From the NCBI GenBank assembly GCA_904063045.1, contig CAJFCJ010000005.1, positions 2,247,988 through 2,311,987 of the forward strand: a DNA stretch of 64,000 bases, read 5' to 3'. Below, in pieces: positions 14,642-26,941 of the stretch; within the stretch, counting starts at the first letter, position 1; each line of letters begins with the position of its first letter. Both the position numbers and the translations under genes were made by a program. The notes under the pieces were generated by a model. That model was not told the DNA's origin. It saw only the letters and a list, made by a program, of their open reading frames with translations, and did no database searches. Source of the stretch: Dimorphilus gyrociliatus. Its lineage: Eukaryota; Animalia; Annelida.

Positions 14642-15268
14642 TATGCTTTATAAGCTCTCTTTAAAGTTATTCACATAATCGATTTCTACTCAATTAGGTG
14701 TTTCTGTAAAATAAATAAGAGAATATTTTATTGTTTTCGTAAATTGATAAAAAAACTTTTACGAAACTTTTATTTAAAACTTTAGAAAGTTATTAAAAAA
14801 GAAATTCATTAAAACTCTTTATATTTATATAATTTATACAGTAAATTATTAACTTGTAGAATACCAATGGGAAAATATGCTATTTATGGAAGAAATCAAT
14901 AATTTCCAGAAGAATAATTTATGATTTAAAAAAAAACATGAATATTCATAAAGCTATAGATTAATTATTTTCATACAAAAATTTATTATATTCTATAGTT
15001 AAATTATTTTAATAAACTTGACAAAATTTTATAATTGCATCAAAATTTTTAAAAGTTTAATATTTATTATAATTTTTTATCTTAGAAAAGTAGTTATATT
15101 CGTATTCAGAGTTGAGCAGTTTACCTTCCACATTCAAATAAATGCTCTTAAACTCTATAAAAGGAACGCTATTCAATTGAACGTAAACGTATTTGTTAGA
15201 GTTACTTTGTTTAAGAAGTTTGCTGGGGCTTTCCGGCTCTTCATACATTTTACTGACTTCAAAGAAAA

Positions 15269-17252
15269 ATGGAACAAGAAAAGAACGTTTCCAGTAAGCT
15301 ATAAAGAATATTTTATATACATATATCCTAATTTTGTTTTTCTGTTCAATTACAGCTGATATTTTGAATTTATTAACACCAATAACACTATTTATTGGTT
15401 GTTTATCTGCAATACTTATTATCTTCTTGAATAAAATGAAATTTAGAAATAAGACTATGAAGAAAGTTAGTTAATTTTACAATAGTCATTACTCGTCATC
15501 TTCAAAAACTGTTTTTTTTCCTTAAATAGGTTAAACAAGGTAATGAAATGACTGCATTTTCGAAAAAAAAAACAGTATATATTTCTTTCTCAAGATAATT
15601 TAAATTAATCTTTTTAGGTGAAACTGAAACTGGAATGGGAATGAAATGGGTAAAAAATAATATCTTTATTATTAAATATATCTTTCCCCTGTTATGTGGC
15701 CAATATGATTGACGCTTATGATACAATAATTAGCGTCTTTTAAAGATATTTTTATATTATACAGCTTTAGTATCAATGAAAAATGATATTTTTTTTCTGT
15801 TAGACTCCTACTGGTAACGAAAAAGTCAGTACATCTTCTTCTATTAATGGAAACACCGCCAGCAAGCAGGGTAAAATAGTATATTTATATTTAAAGCATC
15901 TATCCCCTAATTGCATTTCGCTGCTACATTAACCTGAATTAATAGCAGACCCTTCGGAAGTGACGGATGAAGTATCGGCGAAATCGGAAATGGTATCTAA
16001 CGGGGGACAAAATGACTTGGTAAAATTAGTTTATTCTTCCTCTAACTTAGAACTTTTGTCATTTTTCTGGAACTTTTATCCTAAAAATAGTACAAAAGAC
16101 CAACTCAACCTTTTAATGAGCTCTAATAGGTTGCCTTATTCTTTTTGTTTTTTTTTTCAAAGCAAGAGGGAATTGGTCAGCTGGCTTGTGATTGTGAAAT
16201 TTCTTCAGAGGATGAAACAGTTCCCTCTGAAGAAATCATAGTCACAGAATCGATTGATCCTGTCTGTCCTTTAAATCCAAATCGGGTAGAAGACGACAGT
16301 TGTGACGAGACATTTCGACCATGCTCTGAAGAATTTTCCACAGGCGAAACTATTGGGCCTATTGACATAAACGATTTAGTTCAATGTTCAGCAATTGACG
16401 AGCCAAATAAAATTGGTATTGTATTCTTTTTTCTTTATGAGTTTTTTTTCTACAAAACTAAACTTGTGTTCTTTATCAGTTGGCCTAAGATCGTCTAGGC
16501 TTATGAAACTTAAGAAACAATTTAAAGGAACATTTGCTAGAAGCGTTGCTAAAATTCATAGAATGTACCTGAAAATTGATAACGCAAATAGAGAAGAGCT
16601 AGCAGAGTATCGTGCAGAAATACGAAACGATGAAGATAGTACAACGCCTGCCAGTGGAACATTCACAAGCCTGTCTGCCCAAAATTCTCCCTTGAAGTTC
16701 ATTACCCCCGTTAGTACCCCATCTGAATTAAAAAACTTGGAATTTTGTAAAGATTCCGACGAAAATGCAGACTGTCTTTGCGAAGAGAAGAACATCGAGC
16801 CAAACGACAAATTATTGAACAAAGACACCATCAGACAATTAACCCCTATGGAAAAATTTACCCACGATAGTAAATCTAAGGGAAAGGATATCTTTGTCCA
16901 GAATATCTGTTTCGGAGAAGAAGAGAAGAGCTTTTTTTGTGATTTAAAAGAACTTGAAAATTTGACAGGAGAGAAGATTGTCTTTGACGAAGTAGACGAC
17001 GAAGAAGATGACGAAGATGATGACGAAAGTGACATTGAAGATGACACAATCGATAATTCTGATTCTGGTGAGGATAAGATTGAAGAGTTAAGAAAGATTG
17101 CTAACGAGTATATTAAAGATCAAAGTGAAAACTTAAGCGCTAAAGAAATTTGGTGCGGAAAAGTTGATGATTCAACAGATGTTAAAATATCCTATGATAA
17201 TGACCTTTGGGAAACTCATATTGTTGAGAAAGATTGCCAAATAAGCAGTTGA
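15269..17252 (+). CDS. Unknown single-pass membrane protein with N-terminal signal anchor and long acidic disordered tail; 8 exons incl. a 10-nt micro-exon
   Basis: Phase-compatible GT-AG chain from MEQEKNVSTDILNLLTPITLFIGCLSAILIIFLNKMKFRNKTMKK into ORFs 15960, 16145 and 16395-17252. Start codon and 5' exons are less certain. Confidence 0.68.
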
Positions 17253-18067
17253 AATGAAAGAAATTATTTCTTTCCCTCTTTTTTTTGCTAATAAAACAAG
17301 CAAAAAAAAGACAAATTATTTGATTTAAATCATTTTTCTTTGATAATGATCTTGAATTGAAGTAAATACCTCATAAGTTCGAAGTAGTATCCTTATTAAT
17401 ATTATTATTATTATTAGTTATTATTTTGCTGGGTTTCTTCTTTATGCCCTTGTCGGAATTTGTTTTAAAAAAAAAACAAGTTACCTTATTACAGTTAAGA
17501 GTGTTCAGGTTTTTTCTACATGTAATTAATCTTTATGGCGGAAAAGAAATTGTTGGTTTAGTTCATTATTTGCTTAACAAGTGGATGACTATGCAAAAAG
17601 TTAATAATTAGTGTTATTTTTTTTCTAAATCACTAAATAGAAATGTATGTTGGGCAATTTTGATGTAATTGTTAATTTTTTATTTAATTTCACAGGTTGT
17701 GTCGTATATTCGTCGTTTCTGTTAAATAAGCTTGCTTGAGTGTGATCACGGAATAAAGTTTTTGTCATTAGATTCTAAATAGAACAAATAGAACAAATTG
17801 AACAAATTCTTTTTAATATTAAATGATGATTAAATAGCATACGATGGAAAAACATTGATATCAGTGTTGAAAACTATGCCATTGGCCTATGAAAAGTTTA
17901 ATTTTAGAACTAGTCTCTAAATGATAACGTTTTAAGATTCCATGAACCATGCATAAATATTAACTTGGAATGTATAAGAGGAGCACGAACCATATTTTCA
18001 TAGATGGCGCTCTAAACTGTCACGTGGTTATTTTTCTCAGCTTCAATTGGTTACCAACACTCCTAAG

Positions 18068-18631
18068 ATGATTCATGAAAACGTTGCACTGGCGTCACAA
18101 CGCCGTTCGACGGAGAGAAGTTCACACCAACCGATCACATTCAACCAACAGTCGTTAACCAGTACGAAAAACGAAAAGAGAATAATGTCGACTGACTTGA
18201 AAAGGTTAAGGAAGCGTAGACAGCGAACTAAAGGTAACCCTTCTAGAAGGCCTTCAAAAAAGTTATTTTGTAAAGAAAATGGTAATATTCTAGTTCGTTC
18301 CATGCCGTCAAAAGCACCCTGCAATTCTACTCAATTTATTATGGAAGACCGCGCTGAAGAACCCGACTCCCGCGGAGCCTCGCCTTTATCGAACGTTTCG
18401 TTCGATTTGGAAACTTTCTCTGAAGTTAGCTATATTGATTTCTTCAAAAAAGACTTTGACGAAGAGTATGCGAATGCCAGGCATACCGCTTTATCGAATT
18501 TGGACAAACATTCTTTAATAGCTTATATTCTTTCGTTAGAGGAGCGAGTACAAAAGAGTTGTGATGAAACTCTAAATGAATTGGAAGACGTCAGGATGTT
18601 ACATCAAAAACAGAATGCTGACATAAGTTGA
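18068..18631 (+). CDS. HEXIM: HEXIM-family protein (7SK/P-TEFb regulator), divergent, intronless coding region
   Basis: Basic region KRLRKRRQR...RRPSKK, APCNSTQFIMED (PYNTTQFLM-like) and FFKKDFDEEY...LSNLDKHSLIAYILSLEERV coiled-coil motif. Confidence 0.82.
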   Translation: MIHENVALASQRRSTERSSHQPITFNQQSLTSTKNEKRIMSTDLKRLRKRRQRTKGNPSRRPSKKLFCKENGNILVRSMPSKAPCNSTQFIMEDRAEEPDSRGASPLSNVSFDLETFSEVSYIDFFKKDFDEEYANARHTALSNLDKHSLIAYILSLEERVQKSCDETLNELEDVRMLHQKQNADIS

Positions 18632-19920
18632 AAGTAATTAACTTGAAAAAAGATTTAAGATAAAAAATGTTAGTATTTTCTGGTTAATTGTAAATAATTT
18701 TTTGTAAACAAACAAGTTTTTGTGAATATTGTTTATATTCTGTCTTTAATCGAACACATTCACTATACAGTTTTGCCGTTTTTCAGCTTGGAAAGAACAA
18801 TAAGTACGCTTTTCGAAATCATCCTGTTCCGAAAAGGGAGATGAAAAGCGAGTAAGGTAGGCCTTATAGTGGCCAATCCTAATTTATCGATAAATTATTT
18901 CAATCGATAAGCTTGATTTTACAGAATGAAAAAAAGCCATCGATAAACTGGAAAGGCACGTGGCTTAGAAATTACAGAACATATGGTATTTGTGTTTATA
19001 TGATCAATATGTTTTTTTCGTTACCATCAATGTTTTCTTTATAATTGTAAATTTTTCGTTTACAAATAAGATATTTAAAAATATATAAATAACAGACATG
19101 TAATAATAAAAAGAACTTTTAAAAGGCTACTACTCAACCAAGTTACAACAGAGTGGGAAGATCAGTAGTGAAAAAAAAAACATAATAGAATATTACTCGG
19201 GGAATCGACGGTTCCGAAGTGTTAAAATTAAAATATTCCATTCTCGTGTAAGTGAAAAGCCCAACAGGTTCTTCGTTTTTTAATATTATTTTCTTTTCGG
19301 CATGTAAATATAACTAGGCGTGGTATTATTTTGACTTTAGTTTATTAAGGGAGGCAAGCAATTTGAAGATATTGATTTGTTTATGCTTTGACCTATTTTT
19401 ACTGAAATATAATACTGACTCCTTATTTTCATTCTTTATGATTTCCATCTTTGAATACAAGAGATGAACATGCAAAAAACAATTTTATATTTTTGCTCTA
19501 CTTAACGACTAAGTAGATGGGGAAAAAGGATTAAAGAGGTTTTTTTGGTTAATAAAGTAACGTTACTATTTTTGTCTCGATGACGCCAGCAAATAACTCG
19601 ATGCTGCTATTGATAAAGAACTCGGTCACCGCAATATGGCGTAATTGTAAGATTAGCATATAAAATCGTCGTAACTCAGTTGAAACCCTGTTGAATAATG
19701 ATTTTACTTGATTACATCACCGTAATGTAACTTTTCATAAGGCGTAGGTGGTTTTATACTGTATGAAAGAGTCTTAGGAAATGACATAGAAGTGTAAAGC
19801 GCTTTCTTCTTAGCTATTGATTTCGCGAATGCTAAGAAGCGCTTTAAAGCGTATTTTTTAAAAGAGAAACAAAATAGCATTTTCTGCTAAATATTTCCGG
19901 TAGGCAATTGCTCTTCCAAA

Positions 19921-20584
19921 ATGGAGATGAGAAAAAACGTTATCGAATTTGCTCCTTTAAGATCTATGAATGACTTTGTTTTAGAAAAGGCGAGGTTTGA
20001 AATGCCTAACTTATCAAATCCTAATAAATGGGCCAATCGCGTCATCAATAACTTGTTATATTACCAAAGTAATTATCTTCTATCAATTATAGCCGTATTT
20101 TTACTTGTTGGGTATGAATAATATTATTTAAACGCTTTAAAGAGATATTTATAGTATTCTCTTCTTCTAGATTGTTACATCCAGCAAATATGCTAATTGG
20201 AATCGGATCATTTTGTGTAGCATTCGCAATTGTTAAATATGTAAAACAGAATCATTCTTCTCGAAATTTTCGAAAATCCAAGTTTAATGGTTTACTTCTC
20301 TTAGGATTAGGAGTTTTACTGATCTTTCTCTTGGGATCCATTTTGACCTTTCTATTTGGCATTGCCCTACCGTTATTACGTAAGTACACAACAAAGAATA
20401 GTAAAACGGAGGAAGATTATTGAATGATTCATTCTTTGTTTCAGTTGTAATTATTCATGCATCGTTGAGATTGAGAAATATAAAGAATAAAGTAAATAAT
20501 GTCAAGGAGTTTGTTGGACAGAAGAGAACACCAATGGGTGTTTTATTAGAAACTTTGGAATTGGACGATTCCTTAGCTATTTAG
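19921..20584 (+). CDS. ARL6IP5: PRA1-family protein (ARL6IP5/PRAF2-like), 3 exons
   Basis: FAPLRSMNDF, RVINNLLYYQSNY and IHASLRLRNIKNK...KRTPMGVLLE signature segments; introns from 20112 and from 20380. Confidence 0.93.
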
Positions 20585-21163
20585 GATAGGAGAAATAGAA
20601 TATCTACAAAAGAAATTATACTTTTACCAATTTTTATGAGAAATTACATTTATGTGATCATATTTAAAGATTAAAATCTTAATTTTTACAATTGTTAAAG
20701 GAGTCCACCATCTACAAGATTTATTTCGCTCTTGAAACGGTTATCCTTCTGTTGTACTTAATTTATTTATTGCAAATCATAAAATTAATTAATAACTTAT
20801 TGATTAGATAAAGTATTTTAATTAATAAATGCTGTTTTTAATGTATAATTGTTTTCCAATATTGCGCAATTTGCGGACTATGAACATATGGAGGAATTAG
20901 GATACATTCTAAATTGTGTATGAAGAATATTGGTGGATTAATAATCAGATAGAATGAGAAACTTGTTGCATTTGAAACGTTGATAATTCTTGAATTAAAG
21001 TAATAGAGATTAAAATAAGAAACAATAGCATCAAGATGATTAAGAATTGTATATGAAACGAGATTGATTTGTTGTGGAATTATCGCTCAGGGCACCTCCG
21101 ACCGATGGTCAGGTGACATATCGCAAGAAACAATTTAAAAAGTGAATTTCTTCCCTAATAACT

Positions 21164-24100
21164 ATGATTACGCCACGATTCATAATCCTTTCTATTATTT
21201 GCCTATTATGTGCATTATTTCATAATTATATAATATGGATAGTAACAAATCTTCTTCATATTGTTACATTTATGACAATATTCTCATTGGGTGTGATTCT
21301 TGCACTCTGGGTAGTAAATGGGAAATGTAAAAGATACAGACCGAAAGCAGTAGAAAATAACGAAGAAATATTGTCAATTGTGCAATCTATAATGGTGAAA
21401 ACATTACGAATATATTAATAATAAAGAGATTGAGATTTTTTTTAAAAAAAACAGAATATCTATAAATATTTTTCTTTTCAGAAAAACATTGTTAGTTCAG
21501 GAGATTTACAAAAGAAACAAGTCATTGTCTCACGTAAAATAGACGATATATTAAATGATTTATTCGATTTAATATGCCAAGATTTCATTCTAAATTGGTA
21601 TTCGGATTTGGCTAAGGATAGTGCAAAATTTTCAAGTATTGTACAATACAATCTTTGGTTGGTATTTGAAAGATTTTATAGGAAATTGGAGAAATTAGAC
21701 GTTGTAACTTTCCTCACCCAAGATTTCGTTAATACCCTATTAGTACATTTTGCGGATTCTCGTGTTGCAAACAAAAAGTATATACTAATCCCTTTATTAA
21801 TAAAAGTTCATCAGGTATTATAAAAAGAAATAATAAAAAATATTTATCGTTAATAAAGATCTAAAGAATATAATGGAGAGAAATTCGAACTACACTCATG
21901 GCTGGAAAATGATGAGACAGAAACAACGTTGCTTAGGAATATAGCTCACGTATTACTTTATCAGCTACTTCCTGAAGAGCATTATGACTTGAAACCACTT
22001 CGTTATTTATTAAGAGAAATAGTAACGGTTAATGGTAAGAGAAATACAAAATATACTTGCTAGAATAATAGTATATAAAGCATATTAAATTTTTGAACAG
22101 TGCTAAAATCATCTGTTGATTATCTGTGCGATCCTCACGTTATTAATTCATTCTTATTATCTTGGTTGAAGCATAGAAAAAATATTCATTTTAAACATAC
22201 ACGCTATTTTTCATACGCCGCAACATATGAGGAATTTTATACAATTATTGAGAAGTGCGAAGATCTAGAACAATTAAAATATCTTCGTTATAAGATAATG
22301 ACAGAAATAATGGATGTAACTGCCATAATAAACATTCAAAAACATCAAGGTGTCGATACACATGACGATGCCCTACCTCGTACGAAAAGTAAAGGTGATT
22401 TATTAAGATCAAGGAATTTACCTAGATACCTGAATCAGGTTTGTTTTTTTAAAATAACAACAACATAGAGTGGGAGAGAGGAAAATGATACATCTATGTG
22501 ATATGTTCTGCTTTTAGTTAGGTGTTGCTAAGTCACAATGTGAAAAGAAGATTTTCTCGCTTGGAGGTAAGGATTACGTTCGTAGGGAAAAGAATGCTGC
22601 CAAAAATGAAGTGGTAAGGGAGTTGAAAAATAAGAACTTTTACTCTAAAAGCTTTCTCTTAAGTTAATGTTTAAACTAATAATTAACAGACGGTTTTGCC
22701 CTTCGATAAGATAATGAAAACAAATTCGGCTCGTCAATGTTTTATAAATTATTTAGAGAATGAGGCTGCTAATCATAACGCTCCTGTTCTCGTCTCTTTC
22801 TGGGCAGCTATACAAAATATGAGTTTATCCTCTAAAAAGAATTGGCATGTAATGGGCACGGAAATTTATACTCAGTTCGTATCGTCATCAAATTCCCCAA
22901 TTAGAATGCTTTTAGATAGATCTTGTCTAAAACAAATGCAAGCGTTTCTAACGGGCGATCACGTAAGGCTCAGAAATTAATCTAAAACAAAATTCTTCTT
23001 AATTCTATTTTTATCATTATGAAAAGACTGCAGATGCTTTTTTCAAAGCTCAGAACGAAATCTTTATATACTTGAATAGAAAACACTATTTATCATTTAT
23101 AGTAAGCGATGATTATCATCAATACGTTGATGATAAAAACGAGAGCGTTTTAGAACGGTCAATAAGAGTTTGTAAGTAATAAGAAAACAAACATTAAACT
23201 ATATAATAGCTTGATACCATGGTCGTAATTATAGCGAATTCCGAAGAACTAATAGATAGTATAAGAATAGCTGAACATACGTCAAATGCTCAGAGAAGAT
23301 TGCAAGAGATTAAGGAAAAGATATCGAACAAAACTGAGGCATTGAAGGCACTTTCCTCAATTCAGCATACTAATGAGACAAGGGTACTAAAATCGCCTAT
23401 ATTTAAAAATACATAGACATTTCATTAATTTCTTTTGTACTACGTTGTCTATTTTTAGATGAAGAAGATAATTGATAATTTACATACTGAGACTAAAGAA
23501 TTAAAAGAAGAAGAAAAGAGATTAGAACTTCATTTAGAAAGAATTGATTTATGGATAGATAACTTTGAAAATTTTAAAGCTCAAGTTTACAATGTCGAGG
23601 TATTATTACTGTTACTATACATATATACATATATTATGTAACACAATGTCTATTATAAGGTTATCGTTGAGGATAATAAACAATTAATATGGGCTTATAT
23701 ATCAATTAATGTCATGGAAGGTAAAGATTCTAGAGGATGGGTTATAGGTAGGACACTTGAAGATTTTAAAGCTTTCTACGATCAAATAAAATTGGTAAAT
23801 ATAATATTAAAATACAAAAGACATTACAAAAAGTAGAAAAGCAGATGTAATATATTTTTACAGTTATATCCTAATCATAAAATTTGTAAAGAGACTAAAC
23901 AATCCGCCTTTCAAATGGCAAAAAGTAAATTTCGCCTGAATAAAATTGATGACAAAGCTTTAGAATCAAAAAAGAATGAGCTAAATGAAATTTTGCAAGT
24001 AAGAAAAGAGTTGTGTTATTTTTATAAATTTTATTTGAATATTTATATCGTTAACTACAAGTTTTCTCCATTCTTATTTACTTAAATATAGAATGTTGTT

Positions 24101-25378
24101 GGAGATAAACATTTGGCATTGAGCGAAATATCATTAGCCTTTTTCTCTCAGACGCCGGAACTTTTAAGGGGGGATTCAAACATTAGAGAAACGGAAAATA
24201 AATTCTCCTTGGCTAAATTATTCAACAGTTTTCAAATTAATCGAACTGAATACGACGAAGACGAAGACGATATTAATGATGAATTATTCTGCGATAATCC
24301 AGATAGTCACAATAGGTTGTTTTTTTTTATGATTAGTTTTATTTTTTATTGTTTTTTATCAATCTATTTTTAATTAGTGATAAAGAAGATTACGGAAAAG
24401 ATTGGATTGCGCAACCTATGTACAGTCTCATAGCCGAAGTGTTTGAGTTATCTGGCGTTTCTAAATGGCTTAGAAGAACCCTTATATCGTTTGTTCAAAT
24501 AACCTTTGGAAGATCAATAAACAAGTATGGATACTTTAATTGAGTCTCAATAATCTTTAATTTCTTTACAAATTATTTAATACTAAAAGGCAATTAAGAG
24601 AAACAATTAAATGGCTGTACAGCGAAGATATGGTACTATATTATCTATTAACGTTCAAAGAAGCTCTCTGGCCAGATGGAGAATTAATAACTGCGTCTGC
24701 TCCGTGCAGTAATGAGGAAAAATTAGCCATAAGGAATAAATTGAAATATATGCTTTTAAAAAATATTCCAGGTAACCAAGATAATAATAATTCAATAAGA
24801 TTAAAAGATTATTCCTTTTTCTTTTTTAATTACTTAAATACATTATTAATAAAGATGTGGCTAAAAACCTTATTGGACCTGATAATGCTCAGAAAGGATT
24901 GGTAAAAATTTTTGAATTATTGCAGGATGTGAAACTAAACAAGCACTTATTCTACGTAAGTTTATTTTTTTTTTCTTTTTAATGGTCAAATTGTTGGATT
25001 ATAGGACTTGATTACTGTGCTATTTTTTTTTTGTTTTCGATATATAAGCGCTTATAAAGCCTGTGTTTAAAAAAAAAAGAACTTTAAATCAATTATACCA
25101 CATATTCAATGTGTTTTTGTGTTATTGATGAATAACTTTCAAATCTCTTACAAATACGCGTATGCTAAAACACCTGTGACATGTGTCTAATAATCTAACC
25201 TAGAGGGGAGACCAAGCCTATTATTAAAATATGGTGCTTTTTTAAAATTTTTAATTAACAAAATCTCATATTCTTTCAGACTATGATTGAAATATTACTG
25301 AGGAAGCTGTTCCCTGATGTGTTCCGTCTTAGATCTAGCCAGCGCCTACCTATACCTACTACATTCGAAGAATATTAA
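21164..25378 (+). CDS. SNX25: Sorting nexin 25-like (TM-PXA-RGS-PX-PXC), multi-exon
   Basis: N-terminal TM pair; PXA (ICQDFILNWYSDL); RGS (LVSFWAAI); C-terminal SLIAEVFELSGVSKWLRRTLISFVQITFGRSINK. Confidence 0.9.
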
Positions 25379-25547
25379 TTGTTTCAGCTCTTTTCTTATT
25401 TTATTAAAGCTAAGACGGTAAAAAGCAAAAACAGTTATCTTTATATAATACAGAACTCCAAAATGTCTTCGTTTTCAATTAGAAAAATTATTTACTAATG
25501 AAAAAGTATTCTAAGACGTTACAAGTATGCATTTAATAGGTAAGATT

Positions 25548-26853
25548 CTACCACAAGCCGGTCGAATGTCCTCCTGGAGGTTGACGACGTCTTTGTACAG
25601 GCTAAAAAAATAAACAATATAGTAATTTAGTTGTTTTATTTGACAATAAAATATCTATCTACCTCTTCTTTTTCACCATCATTATAAGTTTCACCAGTTA
25701 TTGGATTGTAACCTCCTGTAAAAGTCACGTAATATTGAAATCATGTTAATTTACAAATTTGTTAGAATTCTATAAAAGCGTTATAAACGACAAAATATAA
25801 AATCCTATCCATCCACACCTCTTTGCTGCTTCCCAAATTTCCCCTCGTTAGCCTGTTCGGAACCGCCCAAAATAGGATTTGATGATTCTGAAAATTGAAT
25901 ATACAAATAATGCCTTTTTCCATTACAACATCAATATGTAAAAATTAAAGCAGCCCAGGATTATTATTTGAAGAAAGCCTCAAGCAATATATAAGTAATT
26001 CCGCTAAATTCACCTCTCATTCTTCGACGATTATCAACAGCAGCTTCGAAAGGAGTGCGATTATCCTCCTTCCATGGAGAAGTTTTCTCCGGTGCCTTAA
26101 TATTCATCTCATTACCATCTTGTAGTTGGTTGTTAGTTGCCAAATTTTCGTTATCGTCTATGGTGTGGCAAGGGGATAGCAAAAAAGCACAAAAAAAAGA
26201 TCATTTGCAAATCATGCCATACTTACTCCGCGTGATTACATGTCAAAAAAAAATACGATAAAATATTTTTTAAGGAACATAAACGTGCACTTTTACTAGA
26301 CACAATCAGTATTTGTATGCTTTTTTGGTCAAAAGCCTAGTAGAAAGCCAATTGTTATCGCAGTCGCGCGTTCCCATACTACTCAACTCACCTAAAGATC
26401 TAGCTCTCGAAGCTGGTTCCGAATTTTCCTCTGTCCCAAAGATGTTGCTATGCGAATTGTTCACTGGCTTTATCGGCTTTCTAACACTAGACTCATCTCC
26501 ACCGAAAATATTACTTGTAGCACCACCAGGAGGTTGCAAAACTCTGGTATAGAAATAAAAAAAAATATAATATATTCAAATTTTTTTTTTTTAAAACGTT
26601 AAATCAGTTGTGTAAAATATTTGAAATATATTTTTATAAGTATAGACTAACGTTTCAGCTCAAATAAATATATATCAATTATTTACAAAAGAATATTCAA
26701 ATAGGTGTACATTCCTTTGGCCGGCATTTTGGTTTAAGAAAAAACCTCATTTTGCTTTTGATTTAACGATTCAAATAATCTAAAATTGTACGATAAAAAC
26801 CTCGAAGTTGGCTTCGAAATATCTCCGCCTTGGTAGCCGCCGGTATAAGACAT
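25548..26853 (-). CDS. JPT1: Jupiter/HN1 microtubule-associated protein, 6 exons
   Basis: Spliced PTSRVLQPPGGATSNIFG, YNPITGE and C-terminal RQPPGGHSTGLW*. Confidence 0.92.
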
Positions 26854-26941
26854 ATTTTCAAATTAAAATTGATATTACTCGCTCCCTTTTAGGATATAAA
26901 AAGAACTGGCAAATGCTAAGGTTAGCTGAGAAAATACCTGA

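Noticed and set aside
15057-15262. Minus-strand exon-like segment (VSKMYEEPESPSK...) with plausible splice sites
   Set aside because: I could not link it to other exons, and the plus-strand membrane gene explains the adjacent sequence better. It remains unresolved.
16556-17047. 163-aa Ser-rich minus-strand ORF (and similar ORFs at 16177, 18073, 29509, 30708, 31449, 33532, 39860, 43673, 62764, 62961, 63256)
   Set aside because: Antisense or alternate-frame shadows of real coding exons; the Ser/Leu/Phe composition is what the reverse complement of acidic or Lys-rich codons gives.
17938-17985. TGGAATGTA resembling miR-1, and AAGGCACGTGG (~18954) resembling miR-124
   Set aside because: Only the seed region matches; the 3' halves differ and there is no pre-miRNA hairpin.
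25110-25262. Two hairpins with a TTGATGA word in the long last SNX25 intron (possible snoRNA)
   Set aside because: No CTGA D box follows, and the H and ACA boxes are not at canonical spacing.
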